Below are positions 11,857 to 25,000 of a stretch of 64,000 bases of DNA, piece after piece. The DNA comes from Torpedo marmorata (taxonomy: Eukaryota): contig OZ360222.1 of assembly GCA_977017645.1 (NCBI GenBank), positions 134,974,001 to 135,038,000 on the forward strand. The letters run 5' to 3'. Below the pieces are notes generated by a model that saw nothing but the letters and a program-made list of their open reading frames with translations, ran no database searches and was not told the DNA's origin. Both the position numbers and the translations under genes were made by a program. Numbering within the stretch: position 1 is the stretch's first letter; the number at the start of each line of letters is the position of its first letter.

Positions 11857-13171
11857 CTGGAAAAGAAACAGCAAGTTGCAAAGATCATTGTAATTTATAG
11901 AAAGGGAGAATAAATTTTCCTTTTTGTGATTAACTTGCCAATGTCATATAGCATGTTTATAGACAAACTGGCTTTACAACACACAAGCTGTCACATTGTC
12001 AGAGAAATCAAAACCACACAATTGTTTTTTGAGGATGAAAATTACTGTCCAAATATTAACTTCCAAAACAATATTACAGGTGACCCTTGATTACAAGTTG
12101 GGGAGGGGGGGTTACATTCCCAGAAAGTTGTCTGCATCATAATTTTCCATAACTCGTGTAAATGATATGGGTTCATGTACTAAGAAATGATAGCTGAAAA
12201 TAAAATAAATATTGATACGCAAATTCTCAGGGTTGTATGTGATGTCACGTATGTACTCTGACAATAAATCTGAAATCTGAAAGAGCAAGTTTTATTCTGT
12301 AGCTCAGATTTTTGAGGAGTGATTTGCAAATTCCATATTGTTATAATGCAGAGGTTGCCTGTATGTCATGCTCAGGGTTATGAAAATCAAATTTGTCATT
12401 TTCGTCCTTGGCATCTTCAGTGTGGATGTCACTTACATGGAAAGGTGAAAGATGGGCATGTGGGTAAGCCTGCATGCAGGCCTTGTAAAACACAAATTCA
12501 ATGACATTTTTGGAGCTGTCAATCAAATAAACAAGTTTCCGAAGGGTCAGAATGGTCTCTCAACATTTCAGGTCAAGACTCCTTGTTAAGATAAAAATAC
12601 AAAGGTTAAATAAGAAACTTACTACAGTAGTTAAGGGAAAGCAGGGAGAGGGTCCCAGGACCCAGAGGTGATAGGACAGAAGGTGTGAGGGTGAAAAGAC
12701 AGGTAGGGGAAGAAACCATTAGGAAGGGGTGGGGGAGAAGAAAAGTTGGAGAGAGAGAAAAAGATGGAGTATAGGAGTAGGTAAAGAAAACATGGAAATA
12801 GTAGAACCAGATGGGATGGGGGTTACCTAAAGTTAGAAAACTCAAATGTTCATGTTCTTAGGTTTAAGGCAGTCCAGGAGGAATATGATGTGTTCCTCAT
12901 GTTTACATTTAGCATCACCCTGATAATGGATTGAAGCCGAGGACAGGTTGGGGGAGTTAAAAATATTTGGCTATAGGAAGCCCAAGTAAAGACCCACAAA
13001 CGAGCGTAGGTGTTCTGTGAAGCAGTCATCTAATCTGCGTTCGATGAATTTATTTTTCCCTGTCCACCTGGCAATTTCTTCCTGCAGCAGACCTCAAAAT
13101 TACCTCCAGCACACCAGCTCAGTGTATTTTGCACCTTTTGTGTCAAATCGATACATTTTGCAAATAACTAC

Positions 13172-13410
13172 ATGGTTAGCGTAGCGGTTAGCGCAACGTT
13201 GTTACAGCGCCAGCGATCAGGACCGGGGTTCGAATCCCACGTTGTCTGTAAGGAGTTGATACGTTCTCCCTGTGTCTGCGTGGGTTTTTCCCGGGGGCTC
13301 CGGTTTCCTCCCATCGTTCGAAACGAACGGGGGTTGTGGGTTAATTGGGTGTAAATTGGGCGGCGCGGGCTCGTGGGCCGAAATGGCCTGTTACCGTGCT
13401 GTATGTCTAA
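13172..13410 (+). mobile_element. tRNA-derived V-SINE (HE1-like)
   Basis: A box TGGTTAGCGTAGCGG, B box GGTTCGAATCC (13227-13237), V-domain GTCTGTAAGGAGTT..GTTCTCCC..GGTTTCCTCCCA, LINE-derived 3' tail, AT-rich end. Confidence 0.85.
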
Positions 13411-14149
13411 ATTTAAAAAATATATATTAATTTAAAATTTTTTTTAATTTACATTTAAATTTAAAATTTAATCAATAGACAAACAGGCAAATCACAACAC
13501 AAACAAATACCGGTATAAAAAATAGGTAATTACTACTTCTGAACATCGTAATATTAACTTCAGTAAGCTTGTATGTGATGAGATTGGAAATTACTCTCAC
13601 ATATATTACTTCATTATTTTTAATAATGCTTCAAAACTAAAACTTTAGGTCACCAAAAAATTAATAACAGAAGAGAAAGTTCATCAACTACAAACTGAAC
13701 AAAAGTAAACCAATGGGTAAAAGTTATTATGTACAGTAAAACCCCTGGTATCCGGCACCTATGGGGATTGGTAGATGCCGGGTAAGTGTATTTGCCAGTT
13801 GCTCGAGATTGCGTATTGCGTGAATGGCAAACCGCTAGGGCATGCCAATTTTAAACCCGTATTTTTTACCTATTTATTTTACACAATTTTTTTTGCCAGT
13901 TGCTTGATTTCCTTTAAGGGCAGCAAGTAAAATGGGTATCAAAGAGGTTTTGAATTATTTAAGTGCACATTTCTTCTTTCTTCAGTCCTGCACCACTGTC
14001 AGAGAGCAGCCAAGCCCCTCAACTCTGATTAGCACTGAGAAAATTTACATGCTGTTTTTAGTTTTTAAAGAAGCACGAATAGTCTCAAGGTCCGTTTCCA
14101 TGCTGTATGACTCTTCAATCTCCACTGAGCATCAGGCACTCATTTGTAT

Positions 14150-14385
14150 TATCCCATTTTATTCTCCCCACATTCCCATCTCTCCCAGATTCTGTCACCT
14201 ACAGTGCAAGGCTAATGAACCTACCAACCTGCATGTCTTTTGGTGTGTCTGTGTGTGTACACACAGATGAAACCCAAAATGGCACACGAAAAATGTGGAA
14301 ACTCCACGCAGACAGCACAGGTCAGGACTGAAGCCAGGTCACTGGAGCTGCTGGACAGCCACTCCACCTATGCCACTGTGTTGTC
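14150..14385 (-). mobile_element. Degenerate V-SINE
   Basis: AACCTACCAACCTGCATGTCTTTTGG...AAACTCCACGCAGACAGCAC, reverse complement of a V-SINE core. Confidence 0.6.
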
Positions 14386-14820
14386 CAACTTGGCACTGAT
14401 AACCCAATTTTGAAAATTTACTACAATGAAGTTGCAAGGAAATTTGAAATCATAGTGAGACAAAATAGGAGAAAGTCTTCAAACAGAACTTGCTCCGATG
14501 TACAGTCATGCGCAGCATAACGCCTGTTTGGGCAACTTCTGACCACATATACATCCGTGGTCCCATAAGGTTATAATAGAGTTCAGAAATCACGATCGGA
14601 GAACGGGACGTAGCGAACGCAACAGCTTCCTGCACGCAACATGTGTATCTCAGCCTCCAGACTTACCCAACACGATGTTAGCCCTGCAAGCTCCAATTGT
14701 GGTAAGTACAGATTACACATTAGCCTATGTATACAGTAGTGTATATTTACAATGTATTATTATATTATGTATACAGTATTGTACAGTATTAACCTACTTA
14801 ACCCATATATTAAAAAGTAA

Positions 14821-15160
14821 AACACGAAAATCTGTAGACACCGTGGTTGAAGTAAAAAACACAAATGCTGGAGAAACTCAGCAGGTCAAACAGTGTCTTT
14901 TATGTAGCAAAGATAGAAATACATAACCGACGTTTCGGGCTTGAGCCCTTCATCAAAGTATGAGAAAATGCCGGCAGGCGTCCGAGCAAAAGAGTAAGGG
15001 GGGAAGGGGGGGTGGCAAAGGCAGGAGATGATAGGTGGAGAAAGGAGGGAGGGGACAGCAGCAAAGAGGGGGAAAAAAACAGGAAGGAGAGGTGAGGGGG
15101 GAGGGGAAGGAAACGACAAGCAGGTTTAGTGGAAAGCAGAAAAGTCAATGTTAATGCCAT
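14821..15160 (-). mobile_element. Penelope pLTR/3' fragment, near-identical to 5096-5424
   Basis: Reverse complement aligns to 5096-5424 with few substitutions and one ~22-nt indel. Confidence 0.9.
14922..14962 (-). ncRNA. Minimal hammerhead ribozyme motif, sense to the APMAP pre-mRNA
   Basis: Reverse complement CATACTTTGATGAAGGGCTCAAGCCCGAAACGTCGGTTATG is identical to 5316-5356. Confidence 0.7.
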
Positions 15161-15761
15161 TACCTTGCCAGATACGTTAGCTGAAATACAGTACTGTATG
15201 TGTTACAGTATCTTGGCTATTTAGTCAATACAGGTACACTACAGTATCCCATATAGCTTTGCTAAGTATATAATATGGTGTTCACACATCGTCCAAATTG
15301 CATAAGGTCCTATTTCACAGAACGTATCGTGAACGTTAAGTGACGCGTGACTGTAATTTTAATGAAAACATCATTGTTCATGCCAGGATCTCAAATACTA
15401 TTACACATGAAGTTATTTTTAAAAGATCTGGTGATTAAGCCACTTTCAAACTTGACAATGATTTCCAAAAAGAAATGTTTGGATCCCAAAGTGACGAAGA
15501 AAAGTGGAAAGTCCTCCAGAGTGATAGTGATCTCACCTTCTCCCCATTCCAACAACACAGCCACAGGGGTCTCATAATATCTGACATTTGACCCTCAGCC
15601 TCCAGCCAGTACTACAAGGCACATGCTCCACATAAAACTAGAACTTGTACTTTCAAATTAAGAGACTGTATTTGCTGTGCAATAGAGGTGAGATCAATAC
15701 AGAGGAGAGATTAACAGCAGATTCACTAAACCAGTTTCCAAAACCAAAGCTCCAATCACCT

Positions 15762-18700
15762 TGATGCGCCCATCAATAACTTCAAAAGACTAGAAGTTGT
15801 ACTTGAACTGAAAGGCTTTTATTAGCAATAGAATGGAGCCACGTCCATGCTGGTTATCTGTCCTGGACTGGGGGAGGAGCAGTGGCACAATCGCCTTTAT
15901 TCAGGGGGTCTGTGGGAGGAGCCACAGGAACAGTCAGCAGAGGGCATGTCCAGACATCTTACCCAGCCACAACCTATACACAGTGGTTTACCACATCCAC
16001 CCCTCCTTTTAAAAGAGTCCTGCGGGGTGAAGGGTATAACCATATTTACAGATAAGATACAAATAAGTATATTTACAGGTCGAGTCTATCAGGCGGTCGA
16101 GTCCGCCACTGTGATCGGCGCAGCACTTGTGGTGATCGGGCAGGCGTCAGTGCTAGTGCTGCCTCCTGCCTGATTTGAGGTACCAGCATGTCTGGCGTCG
16201 GCAAGACCTCGTGTGTGTATGCGTGTGTGTATGCATGTGTGTACAGGCTTTCACAAAGTGGAAAAGCCGGGTGATCCCGGGGTGGCAAAGGTCGCAGTGG
16301 AGGGCGTATAACCGGTCGATCTGCGCGCTGGCGCACGTCCCCCGGGATAGGGTATCAGAGGGCTCGTTGAGCTTCCCAGGCCGGTACGGGGGTCTCGTTT
16401 GGTGTCTGTGTCGGGTTTGGAGTATGTGGTGTCTCCTGTGTGTATATAGAGGTCGGTACGGGGCTGACAGTAACCATGGAGTGTTCGGGGGTGGGCCCCA
16501 GTGCTCCTGCGGGCACCAGGTCCCGGATGGAGACTGTGTCCTCCCGCCCATCAGGAAAAACCACGTAGGCGTACTGGGGGTTCGCATGTAGTAGGTGAAC
16601 CCGCTCGACCATCGGGGCGTATTTATTGCTCCTCACATGTTTCCGGAGCAGCACTGGCCGTGAGGACGTCAGTCATGCTGGTAGGGTAGTCCCGGTGGTC
16701 GACTTCCTGGGGAAGGAAAAGAGTCGCTCATGAGGGGTGGCATTGGTGGATGTGCATAGCAGGGAGCGGATGGAGTGGAGTGCCTCGGGAAGGACTTCCT
16801 GCCAACGGGAGACCGGTAGTCCCTTAGACCTGAGGGCTAAGAGTGTTGCCTTCCAGACCGTGGCGTTCTCCCTCTCCACTTGTCCATTCCCCCAGGTGTT
16901 ATAGCTCATGGTCCTGCTAGTCGCGATACCCCTGGCCAGCAAGTATTGGTGCAGCTTGTCGCTCATAAAAGAGGACCCTCAGTCACAATTAATATAGCAG
17001 GGGTATCCGAACAACGTGAAGATTTTACGCAGAGCTTTTATGACCGACGTGGTCGTGGTATTGGGGCAGGGGATAGCGAAAGGGAACCGCGAGTACTCGT
17101 CGATGACGTTAAGAAAGTACACATTGCGGTCGGTGGAGGGGAGGGGGCCCTTAAAGTCGACACTCAGTCGCTCAAAAGGGCGGGTAGCTTTGATCAGTTG
17201 TGCCTTTTTGGGTCGGTAGAAGTGCGGTTTGCACTCCGCGCAGACTTGGCAGTCCCCGGTCATCGTCCTGACCTCCTCAAGGGAGTACGGCAGGTTACGG
17301 GCTTTCACAAAGTGGAAAAGCCGGGTGGCAAAGGTCGCAGTGGAGGGCGTATAACCGGTCGATCTGTGCACTGGCGCACGTCCCCCGGGATAGGGTATCA
17401 GAGGGCTCGTTGAGCTTCCCGGGCTGGTACATGATGTCATAGTTGTAGGTGGAGAGTTCGATTCTTCACCTCAGAATTTTATCAATTTTGATTTTACCCT
17501 GCTGCTGATTGCTGAACATAAATGCGACTGAGCGCTGGTCAGTCAGCAGGGTAACCTTTTGCCAGCGAGATAATGCCTCCAGTGCCTGATAGCTTCCACT
17601 ATGGCCTGGGCCTCTTTCTCCACCGCTGAGTGCCGAATTTCTGGGCCTTGAAGGGAGAAGAATGCCACCGGTCTTCCCGCCTGGTTGAGGGTAGCAGCCA
17701 GAGTGAAGTTGGACGCGTCGCTCTCTACTTGGAAGGGAGTGGACTCGCCCACCGCGTGCATTGCTGCTTTGGCAATGTCCTCTTTGATGAGGCTGAAGGC
17801 CGCGCAGGCCTCAGCTGAGAGGGGAAATGTGGTGGACTTGACTAGGGGACGGACCTTGTTCGCGTAATTAGGGACCCATTGGGCGTAATATGAAAAAATG
17901 CCCAAGCACCCTTTGAGGGCTCTGAGGGTATGAGGAAGCGGTAGTTCCAGCAGGGGGCGCATACGGTCAGGGCCGGGGCCGATGACTCCGTTCTCCACGA
18001 CGCACCCCAGGATAGTGAGTCGAGTGGTTCCGAACATGCACTTATCCTTGTTGTAGGTGAGGTTGAAAGTTTTGGCCGCCTGGAGAAACTTCCGGAGATT
18101 GTTGTCATGATCCTGCCGGCCGTGACCACAGATGGTAATATTGTCCAGGTATGGGAACGTGGCCTTTAATTGGCACTGGTCCACCATCCTGTCCATCTCC
18201 CTCTGGAAGACAGTTACCCCATTTGTGACACCAAAGGGGACGCACAGGAAGTGATAGAGCCTGCCGTCCGCCTCGAATGTGGTGTAAGGGCGGTCCTCTC
18301 GGCGGATGGGGAGCTGATGGTAGGCGGATTTAAGGTCTATAGTCGAGTACAGCTTGTACTGCGCTATCTGGTTCACCATATCCACGATGCGTGGTAGAGG
18401 GTACGCATCGAGCTGCGTGAACCTATTGACGGTCTGGCTATGGTCTACAACCATCCCATGTTTCTCCCCGTTCTTAACGACAACCACCTGGGCCCTCCAG
18501 GGACTTGTGCTTGCCTCAATGATCCCTTCCCTGAGCAGCCGCTGCACCTCCGACTTAATGAAGGCCCTGTCCCCCGCGCTGTATCTCCTGCTTTTGGTTG
18601 CAACAGGTTTACAGTCAGGGTTCAGGTTGGCAAACAGCGTTATGGGATGGATCTTAAGGGTGGAGAGGCCGCATGCGGCTGTGCATGTGATGTGGTGAGA

Positions 18701-19817
18701 TACGTCTCGTATGCCTGAGGAATTGAGGGTTACCGACAGTGATTGGTGGGAGGGGCCCATCATACTCCATCGTCACACTTTGACAGTGGCTCTGGAAGTC
18801 GAGTCCCAGTAGCACAGGGGCACACAGTTGAGGCATGACCAGTAACGTAAAGTCCCAATATTCAGTGTCCTGCACCACTAGCGTTGCTACACACCCCACC
18901 GGATGTCTGTTGTGTGCGATCCGGAAGCCAATGACGACCCTCTGGCTTACCGGCTGTGTCATGAGTCCGCAGCCCTGCACCGTGTCCGGGTGGATGAAGC
19001 TCTCCGTGCTGCCTGTGTCCCTTCACCAGAATGTCCATCATAGACCTCACGAGCAGGTTGGGTGCACTTTGGTCGAGGGTAATGGAGGCCAAAGTTGAGT
19101 CACTGTCTCGATCCGATGTGATGGGGTGACTGGTGTTCCGTTCCCGCAACAGAGAGGCCAGGGATGGCAGCACTCGTGGGAGTGCACTTTGGTCAAGGGT
19201 AACGGAGGCCAAAGTTGAGTCGCTGTCTTGATCCGACGCGATGGAGTGCCTGGTGGTCAGTTCCCGTAACGGAAAAGCCTGGAATGGCGGCACTCGTGGG
19301 TCGTGGGCCGCGCAGTGTCAGCAAGATGGCGATGAACAAGATGGCCACTCCCATGTCTCGCACGTGTTGGCCGCAGGTGTAAGATGGCGGCGGCGGAAAT
19401 GACGCCAAACAAGATAGCCGCCCCCATGTCTCGCACGTGGTAGCAGCGGACGGGCAAGATGGCATCGGCAACAATGGCGACCCCCATGCCTCGCACACGG
19501 CACTGCTCGATCCCTCTCAGGGTTTAGATTTACAGACCTTGGCGAAGTGGCCTTTCTTCCCGCAGCTGGCACAGGTCATTTCTCGGGCCGGGCAGCGTTT
19601 CCGGGGGTGATTCTCGAGTCCGCAGAAGTAGCACTTCGCAGACTCGCGACTGGCGGCAGCTGTGGTTGATTCGCTGGCGTGGTGCAGGGTCTGCGGCATC
19701 CACGGAGCCGTCAGGAGATCATGCGCCTGGATAGCGTCAGAGTTCTGCAGAGCGGCTTCCAGCATATTGGTCAGCTCTATCGCCGAGCGTAAGGTGAGGT
19801 CGGCTTGTTCCAGAAGG
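15762..19817 (-). mobile_element. 5'-truncated Gypsy/Ty3 LTR retrotransposon (gag CCHC, PR, RT, RH, IN, PPT, 3' LTR)
   Basis: CYFCG..H...C and CASCGKKGHFAKVC knuckles; DTGS protease remnant ~19015; IDLKSAYHQ..PFG..YLDN RT; ESDAS RNase H; SVDFKGP..IDEYSRF..GNGQVEREN integrase; PPT AAAAGGAGGGGGTGGA before the LTR at 15995-15762 (TG..CA); frameshifted. Confidence 0.92.
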
Positions 19818-20301
19818 TGTATTGTGTGCAGTTTTGGTCACCTAACTACAGGAAGATATCAATAAGATTGAAAGAGTGCAGAGAAGATTTACTAGGATGT
19901 TTCCCGGGCTTCAGAAACTTAGTTACAGGGAAAGGTTAAATCAGGTTAGGACTTTATTCCCTGGAGCGTAGAAGAATGAGGGGAGATTTGATAGAGGTAT
20001 TTAAAATTATGAGTGGGATAGACAGAGTAAATATAGATAGGATTTTTCCACTGAGGGTAGGTGAGATACAAACCAAAGTACATGGGTTAAGAGTGAAAGG
20101 GGAAAAGTTTAGGGGGAACATGAAGGGGAACTTCTTCACACAGAGAGTGGTGGGAGTGTGGAACGAGCTGCCAGCTGAAGTGGTGAATGCAGGCTCAATT
20201 TTGACATTTAAGAGGAATTTGGACAGGTACATGGAAGGGAGAGGTATGGAGGGCTATGGACTGGGTGCAGGTCAGTGGGACGAGGCAATAAAAATGGTTT
20301 G
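19817..20301 (+). mobile_element. CR1-like LINE 3' segment, inverted relative to its 5' segment
   Basis: YCVQFWSPNYRKDI...RGDLIEVFKIM..FFTQRVVGVWNELP. Confidence 0.85.
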
Positions 20302-21112
20302 GCACTCCAAATTTGGCCTCACCAATGTCTTATACAACTTTACCATAACATCCCAACTCCAATACTCAATACTTTGATTTATGAAAGCCAATATGCCAAA
20401 ATCTCTCTTTACAACCCTATCTACCTGTGACACCACTTTCAGAGAATTATGTATCTGTATTCCCAGATCCCTCTGTTCTACCGCACTCCTCAGTGCCCTA
20501 CCATTTACCATGTCCCTTCTTGGTTTGTCCTTCCAAAATGCAACACCTCAAACTTGTCAGCATTAAATTCTATCTGCCATTTTTCAGCCCATTTTTCCAG
20601 CTGGTCCAGATCCCTCTGCAAGCTTTGAAAGCCTTCCTCGCTGTCCACGCCTCCAATCTTCGTGTCATCATCAAACTTACTGATCCAACTTACCACATTA
20701 TCATCCAGATCATTGATATAGATGACAAACAACAATGGTCCCAGCACCGATCCCTGAGGCACACTAGGCTTCCAGTCTGAGAAGCAATTACTCACCACTA
20801 CTCTCTGGCTTCTCCTGTATAGCCAATGTCGAATCCAGTTTACTACACCATGAATACCAAGCTTCTGAACCTTCCTGACTAATCTCCCATGTGGGACCTT
20901 ATCTAAGTCCATGTAGACAACATCCACAGCCTTCCCTTCATCAGCTTTCCTGGTAACCTCCTCAAAAAACTCTATCAGATTGGTTAAACACGACGTACCA
21001 CGCACAAAGCCATGTTGACTATCCCTAATCAGTCCCTGGCTATCCAAATACCTGTATATCCGATCTCTTAGAATACCTTCCAATAATTTACCTACTACTG
21101 ATGTCAAGATCA
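20302..21112 (-). mobile_element. CR1-like LINE RT segment
   Basis: SQHGFVRG.SCLTNL, PQGSVLGPLLF..YINDLD, KFDDDTKIGG; ends at YKTLVRPNLE. Confidence 0.88.
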
Positions 21113-22030
21113 TAAAGGACCCCCATCATCCTGATCACAACCAGGTCACAACCTCTTCTCACTACTACCTTTGGGGCAGAAGGTACCGAAGCCTAAAAAC
21201 CAGGACCTCCAGGTTCAAGAATGTTTTTCCCCAATAGCTATCAGGCTCTTGTTACACTAATCATGGACTGCTCTGATACCAAAAAAGGACTGGCTGCACT
21301 ATTAAAAAGTCACTTTTCTTTCTTGCACAAGGATAATTGTGAATATTTATTATCTATCTTTTGTATTTATTATCTATTTTTATTCATATTATTATGCTAT
21401 TGTATATTTTAATTGTGCCTGTTTTGCTGCAGCAAGTAAGAATTTCAATACACATGTACATTGTACAACTTGTAAGAAAATAAACTCATTATCATTAATG
21501 TGGAAGCAATAGTTAACCATTTACATTCACCCCAGTGCAAAGAAGAGTATAGTGAAACACGAAAGTCTGCAAACACTGATTATAGTGAAAACACAGAAAT
21601 GCTGGAGGAACTCAGCAGGTCTCGCAGCGTCCATAGGAGGTAGAGATATAGAACCAACGTTTCAGACCTGAGCCCTACTTCAAGATAAAGAGTGTGCACA
21701 GGTTAAGCTTATAGATTGATCCCAATCAGAACAAGGATTATGTCTGTGTCAGGTCGATTGGCTAGGATCATAGCTTGATACCGTTGTATAGGAAGAGAAC
21801 ATTCTTCATTGGACAAGTCATGTTATTCTTGCTTAGACAGATAAATCTTAATGCACTTTTGCCTCCTGCCCACCAACATCCACCCTGCATTTATTTATTT
21901 ATATATATTGTTACAAAATCAAACCAGCAACGACAGAAGACGCAATGCAAAAGGAGCAAAATTGACATTTATATTTATTAACGACAATTAAACATATAAT
22001 TTCACAACAATCAACCCCACTATAAACACT

Positions 22031-22032
<2 letters not shown>

Positions 22033-22070
<38 letters not shown>
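22033..22070 (+). repeat. (TG)n microsatellite in the 3' LTR
   Basis: About 19 TG units versus about 6 at the equivalent 5' LTR position (26942-26954). Confidence 0.9.
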
Positions 22071-22074
<4 letters not shown>

Positions 22075-25000
22075 AAGCCCAGACCATTACAGTCTGTGCC
22101 CAAACCTCAAAAAACAAAATATAGAAAACCTTCCCCAAAACCCCCAGGTTAGTCATAAAAATAAGTCAGTCCCAAAAATACAGTCCACAAAAATCACTCT
22201 CAATGTTCAGGGTCCAAATTCAGTTCTGTGTGCTCGCACGAAGGACTTCTTAATGAACGTTGGAGAGAGAGACAATGACTGTTTAAGCTTACGAATGCTT
22301 GGCCTGCTTTTCTTCCGATGACTTTCCCTTTTGGTATGTGCACGAGGGACGCTGTTGCAAATCAGTATACCACTGATTGAGGTGCGTACTTGGATCTCAC
22401 GCCTGTTCTCCACGAAAGCTGCTTTATATCAGGATTTTGCTGATACAAGAGGCCATGTGCTATTTTCCCCCAGTCTTTCTTACTGGAATGCACAAGCCTG
22501 GATTTGGTGTTGTTGCTCCAGCCTTTTGGAAGTCCAAACTGAATACTTTTTGCAGAGGTTTGCACCTGCTTTTGCAAAAGTGCAACAAAGTATCTTTCCA
22601 CAGCCTGTCTCTCTATGTGTCTCTCTCTCCTGGGCAAGTTAACTCTTTCAGTACCTGGTCCCAGTGTGTACTCAAAATACTTCATTCTTCCTGCTGACCG
22701 TCCGCAGTCCAAATGGTCAGTCATGGTCCATAACACCTCCCACCCACAAAGAATATTTTGGTCTGCAAGAACAAAATTTTGGAAATTAATTGAGGTGTCA
22801 CAATATAAACAAAACCCACAATGTTCATCCACAAACACAAAAATATAAACTATTTTCATTTATAAAGTTTAGCATCTAGAAAGACAATCAGTGATTACAT
22901 TATCTTTCCCTATTACATGTGTTATTATTAAATCATATTCTTGCAAAATTAGACTCCAATTCAACAACCGTCGATTCTTATTTTTCATTTTACAAAGAAA
23001 AACTAATGGATTATGGTCAGTGTACACTATAAGTGGTTTTTGAACAGTACAGATATACACACCAAAGTGTTGTAGAGCCAACACAAGAGCTAACAACTCT
23101 TTTTCTATGGTGGAATAATTCCTTTGACGATCATTGAACTTCTTCGTTCTTCCTCGGTAACAACACAGCACCCACAGCTTCATCGCTGGCATCCACGGCT
23201 AAATAAAATGGCTTTTCTAAATCAGGTGACTTAAGTACAGGTCGGTGGCATAAAATGGCTTTCAATTTGACAAATGCTTCCTGACAATTTTCTAAGCAAA
23301 TTTGTGAGAGGGAGCGCAAGATCTGCAAAGTTTTTACAGAACTTGCGGTAGTAGCCAATCATTCCCAGGAACCCCCTCAGAATTTTCTTACCAATTGGAA
23401 CAGGGAACTCGGAGATAGTCACAACCTTGGCCTCTACTGGCGCCAACTGCCCCTGTCCTACTATATATCCCAGAGAATTAACAGTCCCAGGACCCTCTCT
23501 GAAACTGGTTTTATCTGTCTCCTCCTGACCCCGGTCGATAACCAGCACCTCTGGTAAATGTTCAGTCCCTTTGTGCGGCACCTGTTCAAAATATGGCTTA
23601 ATCATATTCACATGACAGACGTGTGTCTCGTCTGCGATTAGGTGTTTCTATGACAGAGGTGACCTCATTAATTTTTGACTTAACTCTATAGGGTCCTGAA
23701 AATCTAGCCCTAAGAGGATTTGAATGTGTGGGAAACAGAACTAATACGTTCTCACCAGGTTTAAAAGTTCTCATCTTGGCCTTTCGATCATACCAAACCT
23801 TCATTCTCTGTTGAGTGGCCTTTAAAGTCTCCTTTGCCATCTCACAAGCTTTATGCAACCGATCCTTAAATTTGGAAACATAATCCAACAGATTTAAATG
23901 CACATCACTATTAATCCAATGTTCTTTTAATAACCTTAAAGGACTTCTCACCTCATGTCCGAAAACTAACTCGAATGGACAAAAACCAAGTGATTCTTGG
24001 ACAGACTCCCTTGCTGCAAATAACAACAAATGAACACCCTCATCCCAATCCTTTTCCTTCTCACAACAATAAGTTCTAATCATGTTTTTCAAAGTCGAAT
24101 GGAACCACTCCAAGGCCCCTTGACTTTCTGGATGGTACGCAGAGGATACAATCTGTTTAACTCCCAGTCTATCAACCACTTGTTGGAATACACCTGATAT
24201 GAAATTACTACCCTGATCTGATTGAATTTCCCTTGGAAAACCTACCAAGGTGAAAAACTTTACCATAGCCTTTAAAATTACCTTTGCTTTAATGTTTCTC
24301 AGAGGAATGGCCTCTGGAAATCTGGTGGCTGCACACATAATTGTTCACAAATACTCATTTCCCGCTTTGGTTTTGGGCAATGGGCCAACACAGCCCACAA
24401 TCACTCTCGAGAAACGCTCACTGAAAGCAGGGATAGGTTGCAGGGGTGCAACCGGGGGACCCTGATTAAGTTTACCCACCACCTGACAAGTGTGACAGGC
24501 CCAGCAAAAGCTTACAACCTCCCTTCTCAAACTGGGCCAATAATATTGTTTCATTATCTTCCGTATAGTTTTCTTCACCCCAAGGTGGCCACCTAAGGGT
24601 GTGCTATGAGCCAAAGTTATTATTTCGTCCCTATATACTTTAGGGATCACAACCTGCTGCACTACTGCCCATTCTTCACTGGCAGGAACATCACATGGTC
24701 TCCACTTTCTCATCAACACCCCATCTTTTTCATAATAACCCACTGGCACCTTCTTAATCTCCTCTTCAGATAGAACCTTATCCCTCACCTCAGCAAGATC
24801 AGGATCGTCCTTTTGCCTTGCTATTAGCTGCTGTCGGGATAGTGACAAATCAGTGCCTTTCAGTGTCTTATCAGTGTATGGTGTAACACAGGAGATTGCT
24901 CAACCTTTTCCAGGTGTTTTTGATTATCAATGACTTTTTCTTTCACCAATTTATTTTCCACTGCCTTCTCTACAGTGGCATTTTTCTTAGAAATGGCCCT

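Larger units (their letters stand above)
14503..15353. mobile_element. Tigger3/Golem-like non-autonomous pogo transposon containing a Penelope insertion
   Basis: TA|CAGTCATGCGCAGCATAACG...GTGGTCCCATAAG left end; CAGAACGTATC...CGTTAAGTGACGCGTGACTG|TA right end. Confidence 0.8.

Noticed and set aside
13172-13245. tRNA gene
   Set aside because: A and B boxes are present but there is no convincing cloverleaf, and it runs into a V-SINE body with several copies in the window
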